64,000 nucleotides of DNA from Candidatus Marinacidobacterales bacterium (GTDB lineage: Bacteria > Acidobacteriota > Vicinamibacteria > Marinacidobacterales > DATDRI01): contig OZ244742.1 of assembly GCA_965219415.1 (NCBI GenBank), positions 480,001 through 544,000 on the forward strand, written 5' to 3'. The translations under genes and the position numbers were made by a program. How positions within the stretch are numbered: the first letter of the stretch is position 1; each line of letters opens with the position of its first letter. The notes under the pieces are model-generated. The model was not told the origin of the DNA, searched no databases, and saw only the letters and a program-made list of their open reading frames with translations. Of this stretch, positions 63,337 to 64,000 are shown piece after piece.

Positions 63337-64000
63337 TGAACCGCCCCGGGTTTTCCGGAGACTGTTTTAGTTGAGTCTCGCCATCTCTAGCGAGCCTTCC
63401 TGCGACCGATAGTAGTTCATCTCGTACTCGACGGGGGCGACATTTCCGATCGGCTCCAAGAGTCGTTGCGTGTTGTACCAATGCACCCACTCGAGGGTGG
63501 CGAACTCAACGTCTTCGAGACCACGCCAGGGCCCACGTCGACGATCACCTCGGTCTTGTAGAGGCCGATGATGGATTCAGCCAAAGCGTAATCGTAAGAG
63601 TCGCCTCGGCTGCCGACGGACGGCTCAATGCCCGCCTCGGCGAGCCGCTCGGTGTAACGGGTCGAGACGTACTGCACGCCGCGATCGCTGTGATGCACCA
63701 ATGGATCTTCTGGGTTTAGTCGGCGCTCGTGCAGCGCCTGCTCCAACGCATCGAGAGCGATGCCGGCAGTCAACGATGTCGTCGCTCGCCAACCGACGAT
63801 GAGTCGAGCGAAGACGTCGATGACGAAGGCGACATACACGAAGCCGCGCCACGTGGCGATGTAGGTCAGGTCCGAAACCCAGAGCTCGTTCGGGCGTGTG
63901 GCGTTGAAGTCGCGCTCCACGAGGTCCATCGGGCGAGCGCCGCTCGAATCCGGCTTCGTCGTCTTGAATCGACGTCCACGGACCGCCCCCTGGAGACCCA
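63337..64000 (-). mobile_element. IS3-family (IS51 group) element, right end and frameshifted orfB; runs off the window
   Basis: IR TGAACCGCCCCGGGTTTTCCGGAGACT; WVSDLTY, HHSDRGVQY, AESIIGLYKTE. Confidence 0.93.

Noticed and set aside
1-64000. CRISPR arrays, tRNA and rRNA genes
   Set aside because: No regularly spaced repeats or recognisable structural RNA signatures seen by eye; intergenic gaps are short.

Overview
About 64 kb of GC-rich bacterial chromosome. Gene content and repeat style loosely suggest Acidobacteriota (inference only). I saw no rRNA, tRNA or CRISPR. In order: a reductive pyrimidine-catabolism-like cluster (nitrilase, class III aminotransferase, TIGR03842-type LLM oxidoreductase, NCS1 permease, CoA-transferase III, SsnA-like amidohydrolase); K+ channel, PP2C and receiver-DUF4388 genes; a uvrB-mlaE-mlaF-mlaD run cut off from its promoter by an ISL3; fabH, ispH, fused 2-oxoacid dehydrogenase E1, acyl-CoA dehydrogenase, speA; a radical SAM/sulfatase island; an extended SOS mutagenesis cassette (lexA-RHH-DUF72-imuA-imuB-dnaE2) with a leaderless promoter holding a candidate new direct-repeat LexA box; an RnfD-like/DUF2330 pair; and a nest of IS256, IS3 and IS110 elements recording an inversion. 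Accessory genes are heavily decayed (nonsense codons, a 14-bp duplication, deletion scars, IS knock-outs), while long core genes are intact. All family assignments are by motif recognition, not database search.
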